Source of the DNA: an uncultured Acidimicrobiia bacterium
Lineage (GTDB): Bacteria > Actinomycetota > Acidimicrobiia > Acidimicrobiales > AC-14
Assembly: GCA_963836205.1 (NCBI GenBank)
Contig: CAWIIV010000025.1
Coordinates: 25,224-89,223 of the forward strand
Reading direction: 5' to 3'
Length of the DNA: 64,000 nt
This document shows positions 9,135-18,246 of the stretch, piece after piece (the stretch's first letter is position 1; each line of letters begins with the position of its first letter). Below the pieces are notes generated by a model. It did not search any database and was not told where the DNA came from. It saw nothing but the letters and a program-made list of their open reading frames with translations. The translations under genes were made by a program, and so were the position numbers.

Positions 9135-10382
9135 GTGGATCTCCCCCTGCGGACACGGGCCGCGGCCCTCGCCGGCCGCATGGTTTCGGAGATCTCCCGC
9201 CGCGCCGGACGGGGTGCGGGCTCGGTCATCGGGGGTCGGGTGACGCTGGCCGTCGACCCGTCGGCCCTCGAGCAGATGTCCGCCGGCCACAAGGTGGCGC
9301 TGGTGTCGGGCACCAACGGCAAGACCACCACCACCCGGCTCCTGGCCGCGGCCCTGTCCACCCGGGGGCCGGTGGAGACCAACGCCGCCGGGTCCAACCT
9401 CCTCCCCGGACTGGTGGGCGCCCTGTCCTACGAGCGGCCGGGGGCGGTGGTGGCCCTCGAGGTCGACGAGGGGCTCCTCGCCGACGCGGCGGCCGCGGTC
9501 ACGCCCGACGTGGTGGTCCTGCTCAACCTCAGTCGCGACCAGCTCGACCGCATCGGGGAGGTCCGCCTACACGCCCTGTCATGGCGCAAGATGCTCGACT
9601 CCCAGCCCACGACCACGGTGGTGGCCAACGTCGACGACCCCCTGGTGGTGTGGGCGGCCGAGGGGGCGGCGGCCAAGGTGTGGGTCGGCACCGGCCAGCG
9701 CTGGCGGGAAGACGCCGCCGCCTGCCCCGCGTGCGGCAACCGCATCCGCTGGGAGCCGTCGGTGAACGGCGCCGCTGCCGAATGGGCGTGCTCGTCGTGC
9801 TCGTTGCGCCGGCCCAAGCCCGAGCTGTGGCTGGAGGGCCGCGACCTGGTCCTCCTCGACGGCCAGCGCCTGCCCGTCAACCTCCAGCTCCCGGGGTGGT
9901 GCAACCTGGCCAACGCGGCCATGGCCGCGGCCGGGGTGGTCGCCCTGGGCCAGGACCCGGCGTGGGCGGTGCAGGCCATGGCCCGGGTGGGGACGGTGGC
10001 CGGCCGCTACGAGCGCGTCACCGTCGAAGGGGTGCGGGTGCGGCTGCTGCTGGCCAAGAACCCGGCCGGCTGGGCCGAGGCCCTGGAGTTGATCCGCCCC
10101 GCTCCCCTGCCGGTGGTCATCGGGATCAACGCCCGGGTGGCCGACGGCCACGACCCGTCCTGGCTCTGGGACGTACCCTTCGAGAAGCTCCGGGGGCGCC
10201 ACGTGGTGGCCACCGGCGAGCGGGGCCGCGACCTCGCCGTCCGCCTCCGCTACGCCGACGTGTCCCACACCTACGTCGACGGCTACGTCGAGGCGGTGCG
10301 GGCCGCCGGTGGGCCCGAGGTCGACCTGGCCGCCAACTACACGTCGTTCCAGGACGCCCGGCTGGCGCTCGGCCGTGACTGA
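9135..10382 (+). CDS. murT: Lipid II isoglutaminyl synthase subunit (Mur ligase-like with DUF1727)
   Basis: SGTNGKTTT, LEVDE, NLSRDQLDR, CPAC/CSSC zinc finger, LLAKNPAG and DPSWLWD motifs. Confidence 0.92.
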   Translation: MDLPLRTRAAALAGRMVSEISRRAGRGAGSVIGGRVTLAVDPSALEQMSAGHKVALVSGTNGKTTTTRLLAAALSTRGPVETNAAGSNLLPGLVGALSYERPGAVVALEVDEGLLADAAAAVTPDVVVLLNLSRDQLDRIGEVRLHALSWRKMLDSQPTTTVVANVDDPLVVWAAEGAAAKVWVGTGQRWREDAAACPACGNRIRWEPSVNGAAAEWACSSCSLRRPKPELWLEGRDLVLLDGQRLPVNLQLPGWCNLANAAMAAAGVVALGQDPAWAVQAMARVGTVAGRYERVTVEGVRVRLLLAKNPAGWAEALELIRPAPLPVVIGINARVADGHDPSWLWDVPFEKLRGRHVVATGERGRDLAVRLRYADVSHTYVDGYVEAVRAAGGPEVDLAANYTSFQDARLALGRD

Positions 10383-11139
10383 ACCGTTCTCGATCGCAGT
10401 CCTGTACCCGGAGCTGCTCGGCACCTACGGCGACGGCGGCAACGCCACCGTCCTCGCCCGGCGGCTGGAGTGGCGAGGCATCCCCGCCGAGGTGGTCGAG
10501 GTGGCGGCGGGCGAGACCACCCCCCGCTCGTGCCACCTCTACCTCCTGGGCGGGGGCGAGGACGGCCCCCAATCCCTCGCCGCCCGCGAGCTGCTCACCA
10601 GCCGAGCCCTGCACCAGGCGGTCGACGGCGGGGCCGCGGTGCTGGCCGTCTGCGCCGGCTTCCAACTCCTGGGAACGTCGTTCGTCGGACCCGACGGGAC
10701 CGCCCACGACGGACTGGGCCTGCTCGACGTGTCCACCACCCGGGGCGAGGACGGGCGCCGGGTGGGTGAGATCGTGGTCGACCCCGACCCCGACCTCGGC
10801 CTTCCCGAGCTCACCGGCTACGAGAACCACGCCTGCGTCACCGCCCTCGGTCCGGAAGCTCGGGCCCTGGGCAAGGTCACGGTCGGCTACGGCAACGACT
10901 CGGGGGACGGATCGGAGGGCGCGTTCGCGGGCCGGGTGGTGGGCACGTACCTCCACGGACCGGTGCTGGCCCGCAACCCGGCCCTGGCCGACCACCTGCT
11001 GGCGTCGGTGGTCGGCGCGGGTGCCCTCGGCTCCCTCGACGATCCCGATGTCGACGCGTTGCGCGACGAGCGCCTCGCCGCCGCTCACCGACCGCATCCC
11101 ATCGCCACCACCCGCCGCTGGGCCCGCCGCCGGCGGTAG
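10375..11139 (+). CDS. gatD: Glutamine amidotransferase subunit (CobQ-like)
   Basis: LYPELLGTYGDGGN, VCAGFQLLG, GYENH and TYLHGPVLARNP motifs; overlaps the murT end. Confidence 0.92.
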   Translation: MTEPFSIAVLYPELLGTYGDGGNATVLARRLEWRGIPAEVVEVAAGETTPRSCHLYLLGGGEDGPQSLAARELLTSRALHQAVDGGAAVLAVCAGFQLLGTSFVGPDGTAHDGLGLLDVSTTRGEDGRRVGEIVVDPDPDLGLPELTGYENHACVTALGPEARALGKVTVGYGNDSGDGSEGAFAGRVVGTYLHGPVLARNPALADHLLASVVGAGALGSLDDPDVDALRDERLAAAHRPHPIATTRRWARRRR

Positions 11140-11349
11140 CGATCCGAGGCGGAGCCGCCCGACCGGCCGCCTCCATCGCCACCACCCGCCGCTGGCACGA
11201 CGGCTGGCGGCTTGCGCTCCGAGACTCCGCCCGCCGACCGAATCCATCGCCGCCGCGGCTGCCATGACGGCTGGCGGCAACGGCTCGCCCGCGTCCGCTG
11301 TCCGTATCCATGGTCACGCGCCGCTGGCGGAAACGGCTGGCGCCTGGGG

Positions 11350-11706
11350 TCAGCCGCCGGGGGTGACGTTCCTGGTGACCTTGCCCAGCCGGCAGTCGAC
11401 GGGGCCGTTCACCGACTGGAGGCCGGTGACGTTCCACGGCGACGAGGTGCCGGGTTCGACGTCGGTTATCGCGTCGATGCCCTCGGTGACCTTGTTGCCG
11501 CTGCTGTCGTAGAACGACACCCGGATGGAGTAGTTGCTCACCTTCGAGGTGGGATTGGTGACCTGGCCGTTGGCCACCGGCTTGCCGCCGTCGGCTGCCG
11601 GGGTACAGGCGGTGATCGTGGCATCGGCCTTGTGGTCGGCCCCGGCCGAACACCCGGCCAGTCCGAGCGTGGCGGCCAGAAGGAGGACAATCGTCGATCT
11701 GCGCAT
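11350..11706 (-). CDS. FxLYD-like domain lipoprotein
   Basis: Lipobox LAGC; IRVSFYDSSGNKV motif. Confidence 0.7.
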   Translation of the reverse strand: MRRSTIVLLLAATLGLAGCSAGADHKADATITACTPAADGGKPVANGQVTNPTSKVSNYSIRVSFYDSSGNKVTEGIDAITDVEPGTSSPWNVTGLQSVNGPVDCRLGKVTRNVTPGG

Positions 11707-11739
11707 GGTGGGCTCATGCCCACGCGACGGCAGTCGCAC

Positions 11740-12468
11740 TCAGCACACGTAATTGTTGTCGAACCCCTCGACCCACTGGCTGAGCACCACCGGGCCTCCG
11801 GTGGCGGAGAAGCCGGGCGCACAGTGGGCCACCGCCTCGGCCGCGGTCGTCGCCCCGGCCATCCAGTTGGGGACCAGGAGGCGGAGGTCGCCCATGATCC
11901 GGCCCCACATCCGAGGTGTCGAGTAGACGCCGACGACCACGCCCGGCTGGCGCCGGAGAAAGTCGAGGCTGCCCTGGAGGGACGCCCGGTTAGCGACCAC
12001 ATCGGTGTCCGACCACGAGTTGTCGAGCTCCACGTCGAGCCACCACACCCGGCCGGCGGCCTGGCCGGTGGCGGACTGGGCGTGGGCGAAGGCATGGGCG
12101 GCGGCGTTGAAGCCGAAGTTGTAGGCGCAGGCACCGTCGTTCTGGGGACGACAGGCCGCATCGGGAGCACGCTGGGCGTACCAGTCGAGGGCGAGGGCGG
12201 CAGGGCCGGGATTCGACGTGTTCATGTAGAACGCGGCCCCGCCGGGCGAGGCCTCGGCCCACGCGAACTGGTTGGCCAGGCAGGCGTTGTGGGTGTAGGG
12301 CCGGCCGCCGGCCACCCCCACGATCCCAAAGGCGCCTGGAGCCGGTACCGGAAGGCCGCATTGCGGCCAGGAAATGTCGTGTCCGACTGACCCCGAGGGC
12401 ACGATCGCCCTGGCTCGCGAGAGCGTGCCGGGGGGCGTCGAACCGCCGGGCGCGTTCGGCGAACCCAT
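11740..12468 (-). CDS. GH25/DUF1906-like glycoside hydrolase, probably secreted
   Basis: GHDISWPQC, WWLDVE and GVYST motifs; an in-frame hydrophobic stretch upstream has no canonical start codon. Confidence 0.65.
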   Translation of the reverse strand: MGSPNAPGGSTPPGTLSRARAIVPSGSVGHDISWPQCGLPVPAPGAFGIVGVAGGRPYTHNACLANQFAWAEASPGGAAFYMNTSNPGPAALALDWYAQRAPDAACRPQNDGACAYNFGFNAAAHAFAHAQSATGQAAGRVWWLDVELDNSWSDTDVVANRASLQGSLDFLRRQPGVVVGVYSTPRMWGRIMGDLRLLVPNWMAGATTAAEAVAHCAPGFSATGGPVVLSQWVEGFDNNYVC

Positions 12469-12620
12469 GGTGAGGGCGAGGAGGATGGCGGTGATGAGGG
12501 CGGCGAGAGGGTTGATGGGGGTAGGAGAGTACCGACCCGTCGGGCCGAAACAAGGGCATTGCCGGAGAATCTTGTGTCGGCCTGACGCCCGGTGGCCGCT
12601 TCTCCTATCCTCTGGCCGCC

Positions 12621-13313
12621 ATGGCAGACGCGAAGCGAGATCGGCAACGGGCAGCCCGGCAGGCGAAGATCGAGGCCGAGCTGGCAGCCAGGAAACGGGC
12701 CGCCCGGCAGCGGCAGGCGATCATCGGCGGAGCCATCTTCGCGGTGCTGGCGGCCATCGTCCTGATCGTCAACCGGGGCGACGACGACGACACCACGGTT
12801 GAATCCGGGTCCACCACGACCACCCTCGAGGCGTCGGCCACGCCCACCACCGCCGGGCCCACGCCCACGCTCCCCGGGACGCCGGAGTCGGCCGCGGGCA
12901 AACCGTGCGTCCCCCGCTCGCAGCCCCTCCCCGAGGGTGCACCCGAGGTCGACGTGGAAGTCGGCCCGCCCCCGACGGCCCTGGTCAGCAAGGACATCAC
13001 CCTCGGCACCGGGGCGCCCGTGCCCGCCGGTGCCACGGTGACCGTGAACTACATCGGGATCTCGTGCTCCACCGGCGTCATCTTCGACTCGTCGTACAGG
13101 ACCAACCCCCCCACGCCGGCCACATTCTCGCTGAGCGGGGTCATCAAGGGCTGGAGCGAGGGGATTCCCGGCATGAACGTCGGCGGCAAGCGGCTGCTCG
13201 GCATCCCTCCCGACCTCGCCTACGGCAACGACGGCAGCCCCAACGGCACCTTCGGACCACAGGAAACCCTGTGGTTCGTCATCGAGGTCGTCGACGCCCA
13301 ACCGCCGGCGTAA
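12621..13313 (+). CDS. Membrane-anchored FKBP-type peptidyl-prolyl isomerase
   Basis: TM segment; VTVNYIG, FDSS, VIKGWSEGIPGM and IPPDLAYG motifs. Confidence 0.92.
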   Translation: MADAKRDRQRAARQAKIEAELAARKRAARQRQAIIGGAIFAVLAAIVLIVNRGDDDDTTVESGSTTTTLEASATPTTAGPTPTLPGTPESAAGKPCVPRSQPLPEGAPEVDVEVGPPPTALVSKDITLGTGAPVPAGATVTVNYIGISCSTGVIFDSSYRTNPPTPATFSLSGVIKGWSEGIPGMNVGGKRLLGIPPDLAYGNDGSPNGTFGPQETLWFVIEVVDAQPPA

Positions 13314-13611
13314 GCCGGTCGACTCGGCCCGGGCCACCGGTCCGAGGCTCGGAGTGGCCGCCCCGCTCATCGCTGGTGACAGGTTGTCCTCCCGGCTGCA
13401 ACCGACCCCCTCGGCTCCGGTGCGCAGCGCCCACGAATGACTTCCGTGTGCGTTCGCGCCAGTCGGGCTGGCCAACCCGGGAAGCGCCGCCGGCGACGTC
13501 GTCCGCTCCGCCGCCGCGCCAAGTCCACCGGCGCCGCCATCTCGGCCTCGCGCTCCGTTCGCGTCCTCACACTCCGCTCTGCCTCCCTCCGCCACCACCG
13601 CTCCGGTCGCC

Positions 13612-14757
13612 TCACCACCCCGGCTCCGCTCTCGGTGGTGACGTGGCCCGGACCATGCCGTTGGGGTCGGTGACCTCGAAGGTGGCGTCGGGCAGGAGCT
13701 TGGCCTGCCAGTCGGGTTGGTGGAGGCGGTGGTGATGGCGGCTGCACAGCAGGACGAGGTTGTTCATCTCCGTCGTGCCGCCGTGGGTGACCCAGCGCAC
13801 GTGGTGGGCCTCGCACCACGACGAGGGACGGTCGCAGCCCGGGAAGCGGCATCCCTCGTCCCGGATGACCAGGGCGCTCCACAGGGTGGCGGGAATGGTC
13901 CTCGTCGACGTGCCGTAGTCGAGGATGGCCGAGCGGCCCCTGGTCAGGACCCGGTGCAGGTCGGCGTCGCACAGCAGCGTCGACACCGTGGGCCCGTCGA
14001 GTCCGGGACCGCCGATGACCCGTCCGCCCCGGCCCTCCTGGAGGGCGTCGAGGTCGACGACCACGTTGAGATGGGGACGGTGGCGTCCTGCGGGGGTCGA
14101 CTGCTGGTGGTCGAGGAAGAACCGGCTCACGGCCACGAGGGCGTCGGCCCGGCGCTGGGCCGGGCTGAGCCCGGGATCGTCCACCGTGGCCAGGCGCAGG
14201 GCGGTGGCCACCACGGCCCCGCCCTCGGCGTCGAGATGGCCCTCGATGACGTGGCGGCCGTCCAACGTCGCCGACAGGTGCAGGCTGCGCTCGGGCTCGG
14301 CTGAGTCCTTGGCTTCCTCGACCTGTTCCTTCCAGGCGGCCATGGCCCGGGCACAGCCGGCCAGGGTCAACGGAGCCAGGTAGGGCACCAGCTCCGACTC
14401 GGCCTCGGCGAAGGCGTCGATGCTGGAATCGTCCAGCTTGGCCACGATCACCTCGACGTGGCCCTTGGCCAGTGTCCCGTTGCGCAGGGCAGCGGCGCAT
14501 ACCGGCAGCTTCCGCAGCCGGCCGGCGAGCGATACCAGGCCATGAGCCGACCTCGAGGTCATGGAGGCCTTGTCCCGTAGCCACGCAGTCATCGACGTGG
14601 CCCCGTCCAGGTCCCACAACCCGGCGGCGTCGAAGTCGCCCACGGCCTCGGCGATGCGGGCGTCGAGGAGATCCCGCAGGGCCAGCAGTTGGGCCAACGC
14701 CGCACCCTCGGTCGGCACCCGCAGCTTCTCGATCGCCTCGGCCAGGTCCTCCAGCAC
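13612..14757 (-). CDS. DUF222 (13E12 repeat family) HNH endonuclease
   Basis: QRRADAL, RDEGCRFPGC, CEAHHV and NLVLLCSRHHHRLH motifs. Confidence 0.92.
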   Translation of the reverse strand: MLEDLAEAIEKLRVPTEGAALAQLLALRDLLDARIAEAVGDFDAAGLWDLDGATSMTAWLRDKASMTSRSAHGLVSLAGRLRKLPVCAAALRNGTLAKGHVEVIVAKLDDSSIDAFAEAESELVPYLAPLTLAGCARAMAAWKEQVEEAKDSAEPERSLHLSATLDGRHVIEGHLDAEGGAVVATALRLATVDDPGLSPAQRRADALVAVSRFFLDHQQSTPAGRHRPHLNVVVDLDALQEGRGGRVIGGPGLDGPTVSTLLCDADLHRVLTRGRSAILDYGTSTRTIPATLWSALVIRDEGCRFPGCDRPSSWCEAHHVRWVTHGGTTEMNNLVLLCSRHHHRLHQPDWQAKLLPDATFEVTDPNGMVRATSPPRAEPGW

Positions 14758-14764
14758 GGTCCTA

Positions 14765-14793
14765 ATCGTACTAGTGTTCGATCAGTGATGCAA
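14765..14793 (-). promoter_or_regulatory. Leaderless SigA-type promoter of DUF222-HNH overlapped by a LexA (SOS) box
   Basis: TTGCAT-N17-TACGAT-N7-GTG; TCGAAC-ACTA-GTACGA at 14766-14781 is one mismatch from TCGAAC-N4-GTTCGA. Confidence 0.8.
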
Positions 14794-14847
14794 GCCCCGT
14801 GAGGTAATATTGTTGACGCGAACCGATGCACTGAGCACGATATGATG

Positions 14848-15130
14848 GCGGGCACCACCACGCCGCTTGCAATCGGGCACTCGGGTTCCCTTCCTCCGGG
14901 AAATCCCAATGCGGTACTGCGGGGACGACGCTCCGAAAGGAGCCTCGACTGGCGGAGCGGGCCTGAGGGCTGTGATCCGGACGACCCGGGCCCGAATGAG
15001 GAGCGCATCGCGTAGCCCGGACGCCGGTCCGGCGGGGCGGGACTCGCTCTTGAGGCAAGCGAGGGAGGACTTCGAGCGGCGGGAACGGCGGCACCGGCCC
15101 GCTGCAACGGCCCGGCGAGCAACAGGCGGG
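14848..15130 (+). ncRNA. Candidate large structured ncRNA of unknown class; ends approximate
   Basis: Promoter TTGACG-N17-CACGAT at 14813-14841; closing helix 14861-14869/15073-15081; GCTCC-GAAA-GGAGC and other nested stems; no credible ORF. Confidence 0.55.
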
Positions 15131-15216
15131 AACGGCGGCGCGGCCGGCCCGGCGTCACCGGCGGCGGCGCGGCCGGCCCGGCGGTGGCCCGGCGGCGACC
15201 CAAGCGTTCGACCAGC

Positions 15217-15945
15217 TCAGCCGGTGACGGCACCTTTGACGGCCGAGAGAATCACCAGGTAGTGGCAGGCGGCGGCGCCGACGACCATGACGTGCCAGAC
15301 CTCGTGGTAGCCGAAGACCGTGGGGTAGGGGTCGGGCCAACGGGTGCCCATGAAGATGCATCCGACGGTGTAGAGGAGCCCACCGACCAGCAGCAGCATG
15401 AGGTCGACGGCGGTCATGCGGCTCGCCAACGCCGGCAGCATCAGCACCATCACCCACCCGAGCCCGCAGTACGTGACCAGGCCCACCACCCGTTTCTCGG
15501 CGATGCCCGTCAACGCGAACACGATGCCCGTCCCCGCCCCCAACCACGCCCCCAGCAACACCTTCGGCCCGATCGTTCCCCCGAGAGTCAGCAGGCATAT
15601 CGGTGTATACGAACAGGCGATCATCAGGAATATCGTGGCGTGGTCGAGCCGTTTCATTCTCGCTCGGGCGGCGGCCGACCATTTGCGCCGATGGTAGGTC
15701 GCGCTCACCCCGAACAGGCAACACACGCCGATGGCATACACGACCGCCGCGGTCCGGGCCCGGGTCGACTCGGCGCTGGCGATCACCAGGGCCCCCGCGG
15801 GGAAGGCGAGGAAGAAGCAGACGAGGTGGAGCCAGCCCCGCAACAGGGGAGCGGCGACCTCGACCACCGCGGCCAAGGGGTCCGGCTCGTCGGTCCGACG
15901 GGCGGTGTCGACGTACTGGTCGCTTTGGACGAGGTCGGAGGACAT
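15217..15945 (-). CDS. Hemolysin III / PAQR family membrane protein
   Basis: PLLRGWLH, SATYH, RLDHATIF, YTP and FGYHEVWH motifs. Confidence 0.93.
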   Translation of the reverse strand: MSSDLVQSDQYVDTARRTDEPDPLAAVVEVAAPLLRGWLHLVCFFLAFPAGALVIASAESTRARTAAVVYAIGVCCLFGVSATYHRRKWSAAARARMKRLDHATIFLMIACSYTPICLLTLGGTIGPKVLLGAWLGAGTGIVFALTGIAEKRVVGLVTYCGLGWVMVLMLPALASRMTAVDLMLLLVGGLLYTVGCIFMGTRWPDPYPTVFGYHEVWHVMVVGAAACHYLVILSAVKGAVTG

Positions 15946-16027
15946 GGCGCACCGCCATTTCTTTGACTGGTGCCGTGGGACGACGCGGACGGCGACTTCC
16001 CTCCTACGGTAGGCCGACGCGACCCCC

Positions 16028-16756
16028 ATGGCCGAACCGGAACCCGCCGAAACCCGTCCACCACCCCCGCCCGCGCCGAAGACAGGAGCGATGCACCGGT
16101 ACCGACCCCTCCTCCGCTTCACCGGCGTCGCCGCGGTGGTCACCGCGTGGACGACCCTCCTCACGGCCAGCGCCGTCAGCGGCTTCGACCTCCTCGGCCC
16201 CGACCCGCTGAGCTACCTGGGCTCCGACCCACGAGTGGCGACCCTGTTCACCGTCGGGCTGGCCGTCCCCGCCATTCTCTTTTCTGCCTTCTGCCTCGAC
16301 GTCCGCCGGCGCTATCGCCTCCCCGCCGGCTTCCCCATCGTCATGCTCACCGGCCTGGCCGGGCAGATGGTGGCGGCCTTCGTCCCGATCGGGGGCGACC
16401 CCACCGCTCACCGGGTCCACACCACCTTCGCCCTGATCCTCGGAATCTCCCTGCCCCTCCTCATGTGGCGGTTCGCCGCCGGCCAAGCCCCGGGCCCGTG
16501 GCGACGAACCGCCTACCGCCTGTTCTTCGTCGAGGCGGCCGCGTGCGTCGCCGGGCTCTACCTGTCGGCCCGTTCGATCGCCCCCCTCGCCGAGATCCTC
16601 CCCGGGGTCGCCTTCCACGCCTGGGTCTTCGTCGTTGCCTTCCGGTCACAGCCCGAAGACCGGGCGCATGCGGACGGCCGTGGCCGTCCGGCCGAGGACG
16701 GACAGGCCCGGCACCTCCTCGGTGGCGTGGAGGAGCGAGTAGTGGTCGAGGGCTGA
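16028..16756 (+). CDS. Multi-pass membrane protein (DUF998-like)
   Basis: About six hydrophobic segments; PLSYLG and HRVH motifs. Confidence 0.6.
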   Translation: MAEPEPAETRPPPPPAPKTGAMHRYRPLLRFTGVAAVVTAWTTLLTASAVSGFDLLGPDPLSYLGSDPRVATLFTVGLAVPAILFSAFCLDVRRRYRLPAGFPIVMLTGLAGQMVAAFVPIGGDPTAHRVHTTFALILGISLPLLMWRFAAGQAPGPWRRTAYRLFFVEAAACVAGLYLSARSIAPLAEILPGVAFHAWVFVVAFRSQPEDRAHADGRGRPAEDGQARHLLGGVEERVVVEG

Positions 16757-16768
16757 CCCCGGGTGCGA

Positions 16769-17433
16769 TCAGGCGTCGTCCAAGACGCGCTCGAACGAAG
16801 CGGTCAGCCGGGCCGGCTCAACGCCGATACCCGCTGCGACCCCGACGAGGTCGGCCCGGTCGCCGTCCAGCCCGGGCAGCACCAGCAGGTCGACCAGCGG
16901 GCCCGGCTCCCACGCCACCAGGGCGCCGCATTGAAACAGCGTCCCCGCCCGGGTGCGCCGTTGGCTGATCCCGACCACCTTGGACCCTCCGACCGTGACC
17001 TCGCCCGGCCCCAGACCGGCGAAGCACACCGCGGCCGACCACGCCGTCGCCGCCCGCGCCCGGCCCTCGTGCACCACGGCCCCCTCCACGCCGACGTCGG
17101 CCAGGGCCCGGGCCCACGCCCGCCCGATCCACCCGAAGGCTCGGCCCACGTCGGACTCGGCCAACGGGTCGCCCGCAGGAAGGAGGACGTCGGCCCACAC
17201 CGTCTCCCCCGGGCGGAGGAGGACGGCTCCCCCCCACTCCGACGGCGCACCACCTCGACGCCGGCGGCCTCAGCCCGAGCCCGGTCGACAATGGCGGACG
17301 GCTGGGTGCTGCCGAGCACGAGGATGGGCCGGTCGACGTCGACGAACCAGACCGTCCGCACCGCCGGCACGGGCCACGGCCGATCGGCCACCACCGCGGT
17401 CGTCGCCCGCTCGTGGTGGACGGCGAAGGTCAG
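16769..17433 (-). CDS. Lipoate-protein ligase family protein, split by a 1-nt frameshift at the C7 run near 17229-17235
   Basis: LVLGSTQ...VVRRRSGG in one frame continues as GAVLL...KVVGISQRR...FQCG in another; start uncertain. Confidence 0.8.
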
Positions 17434-17939
17434 GCCGACAGGGCCGCCCCGGCCTGGAGGTAGGGCTCCCACCGGGGGTCGATCGTCCCCACGGCCACGA
17501 TGATCCACGTCAGCTCCTTGGGAGCCATGGGCCGGCGGCGGAGGACGAGGCCGACCTCGTGGAGCATTCGGTCCTCCTTGCGGCTGTTGCACGGCCGGCA
17601 GGAGGCGACCACGTTCTCCCAGACGTGCTCGCCACCCCGGCTGCGGGGGACCACGTGGTCGATGTTCTCGGCCGCCTCCCCGCAGTACTGGCAGCGGTGG
17701 TCGTCGCGGGCGAAAACGGCCCGCCGGTTGAGGGCGGCCCGGGCCCGGAACGGCACCCGCACGAAATGGGTGAGGCGGATCACCGACGGCACCGGCATCG
17801 TCGTGCGCTCGGAATGGAGCTCACGGTCGGACGCGTGGAGGATCTCGGCCTTCTCCTTGAGGACCAGGATCACGGCTCGCCGGATGGGGACGACGCAAAG
17901 CGGCTCGAAGGTCGCATTGAGGACGAGCGCCTTGCTCAC
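17430..17939 (-). CDS. HNH endonuclease (conserved actinobacterial type)
   Basis: LVLNATFEPL, RDDHRCQYCG, IDHVVPRSRGG and WENVVASCRPCNSRK motifs. Confidence 0.93.
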   Translation of the reverse strand: MSKALVLNATFEPLCVVPIRRAVILVLKEKAEILHASDRELHSERTTMPVPSVIRLTHFVRVPFRARAALNRRAVFARDDHRCQYCGEAAENIDHVVPRSRGGEHVWENVVASCRPCNSRKEDRMLHEVGLVLRRRPMAPKELTWIIVAVGTIDPRWEPYLQAGAALSA

Positions 17940-17991
17940 AGTCCGGCCCTCAGCCTCGTCGTCGTGGTGGGACGCCCATCGGGGCAGAAGG

Positions 17992-18246
17992 CTAGCGCAG
18001 GCGACCGAAACGGCGGCACCATTCGAGGTAGGCCACCACGTCGTCGGTGGACGGGGGGCGGTCGGGGTCGCCGTAGGCAGTCTGCAACCGAAAGCGCAGG
18101 TACGAGGGGTCGGGCACCGGGAGAGGCGGCCACCGTCGCCACCAGCCGGGCCGGGCCAGCCGCAACATCTGGCGCACGGCGACGGGCCACAGCCCCGGCC
18201 GGCGGGCCACCGCGAGGGCGGCGGGGACGAGCCAGGCCGGGCTCAC
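17992..18246 (-). CDS. Small hypothetical protein (84 aa)
   Basis: GTGA overlap with the ROK gene stop; GWWRRWPPLPVPDPSYLRFRLQTAYG...DDVVAYLEWC reads as a real protein. Confidence 0.7.
   Translation of the reverse strand: MSPAWLVPAALAVARRPGLWPVAVRQMLRLARPGWWRRWPPLPVPDPSYLRFRLQTAYGDPDRPPSTDDVVAYLEWCRRFGRLR

Noticed and set aside
14848-15130. Assignment as SRP RNA, group I intron, cobalamin or c-di-AMP riboswitch
   Set aside because: No SRP GGAA-loop domain, no P7 partner, no B12 box or ydaO core, and no co-oriented downstream gene
14867-15262. 131-aa ORF and overlapping minus-strand ORFs across the candidate RNA
   Set aside because: TTG start with no RBS, no recognisable domain and Arg/Ala/Pro filler; base-pairing explains the region better
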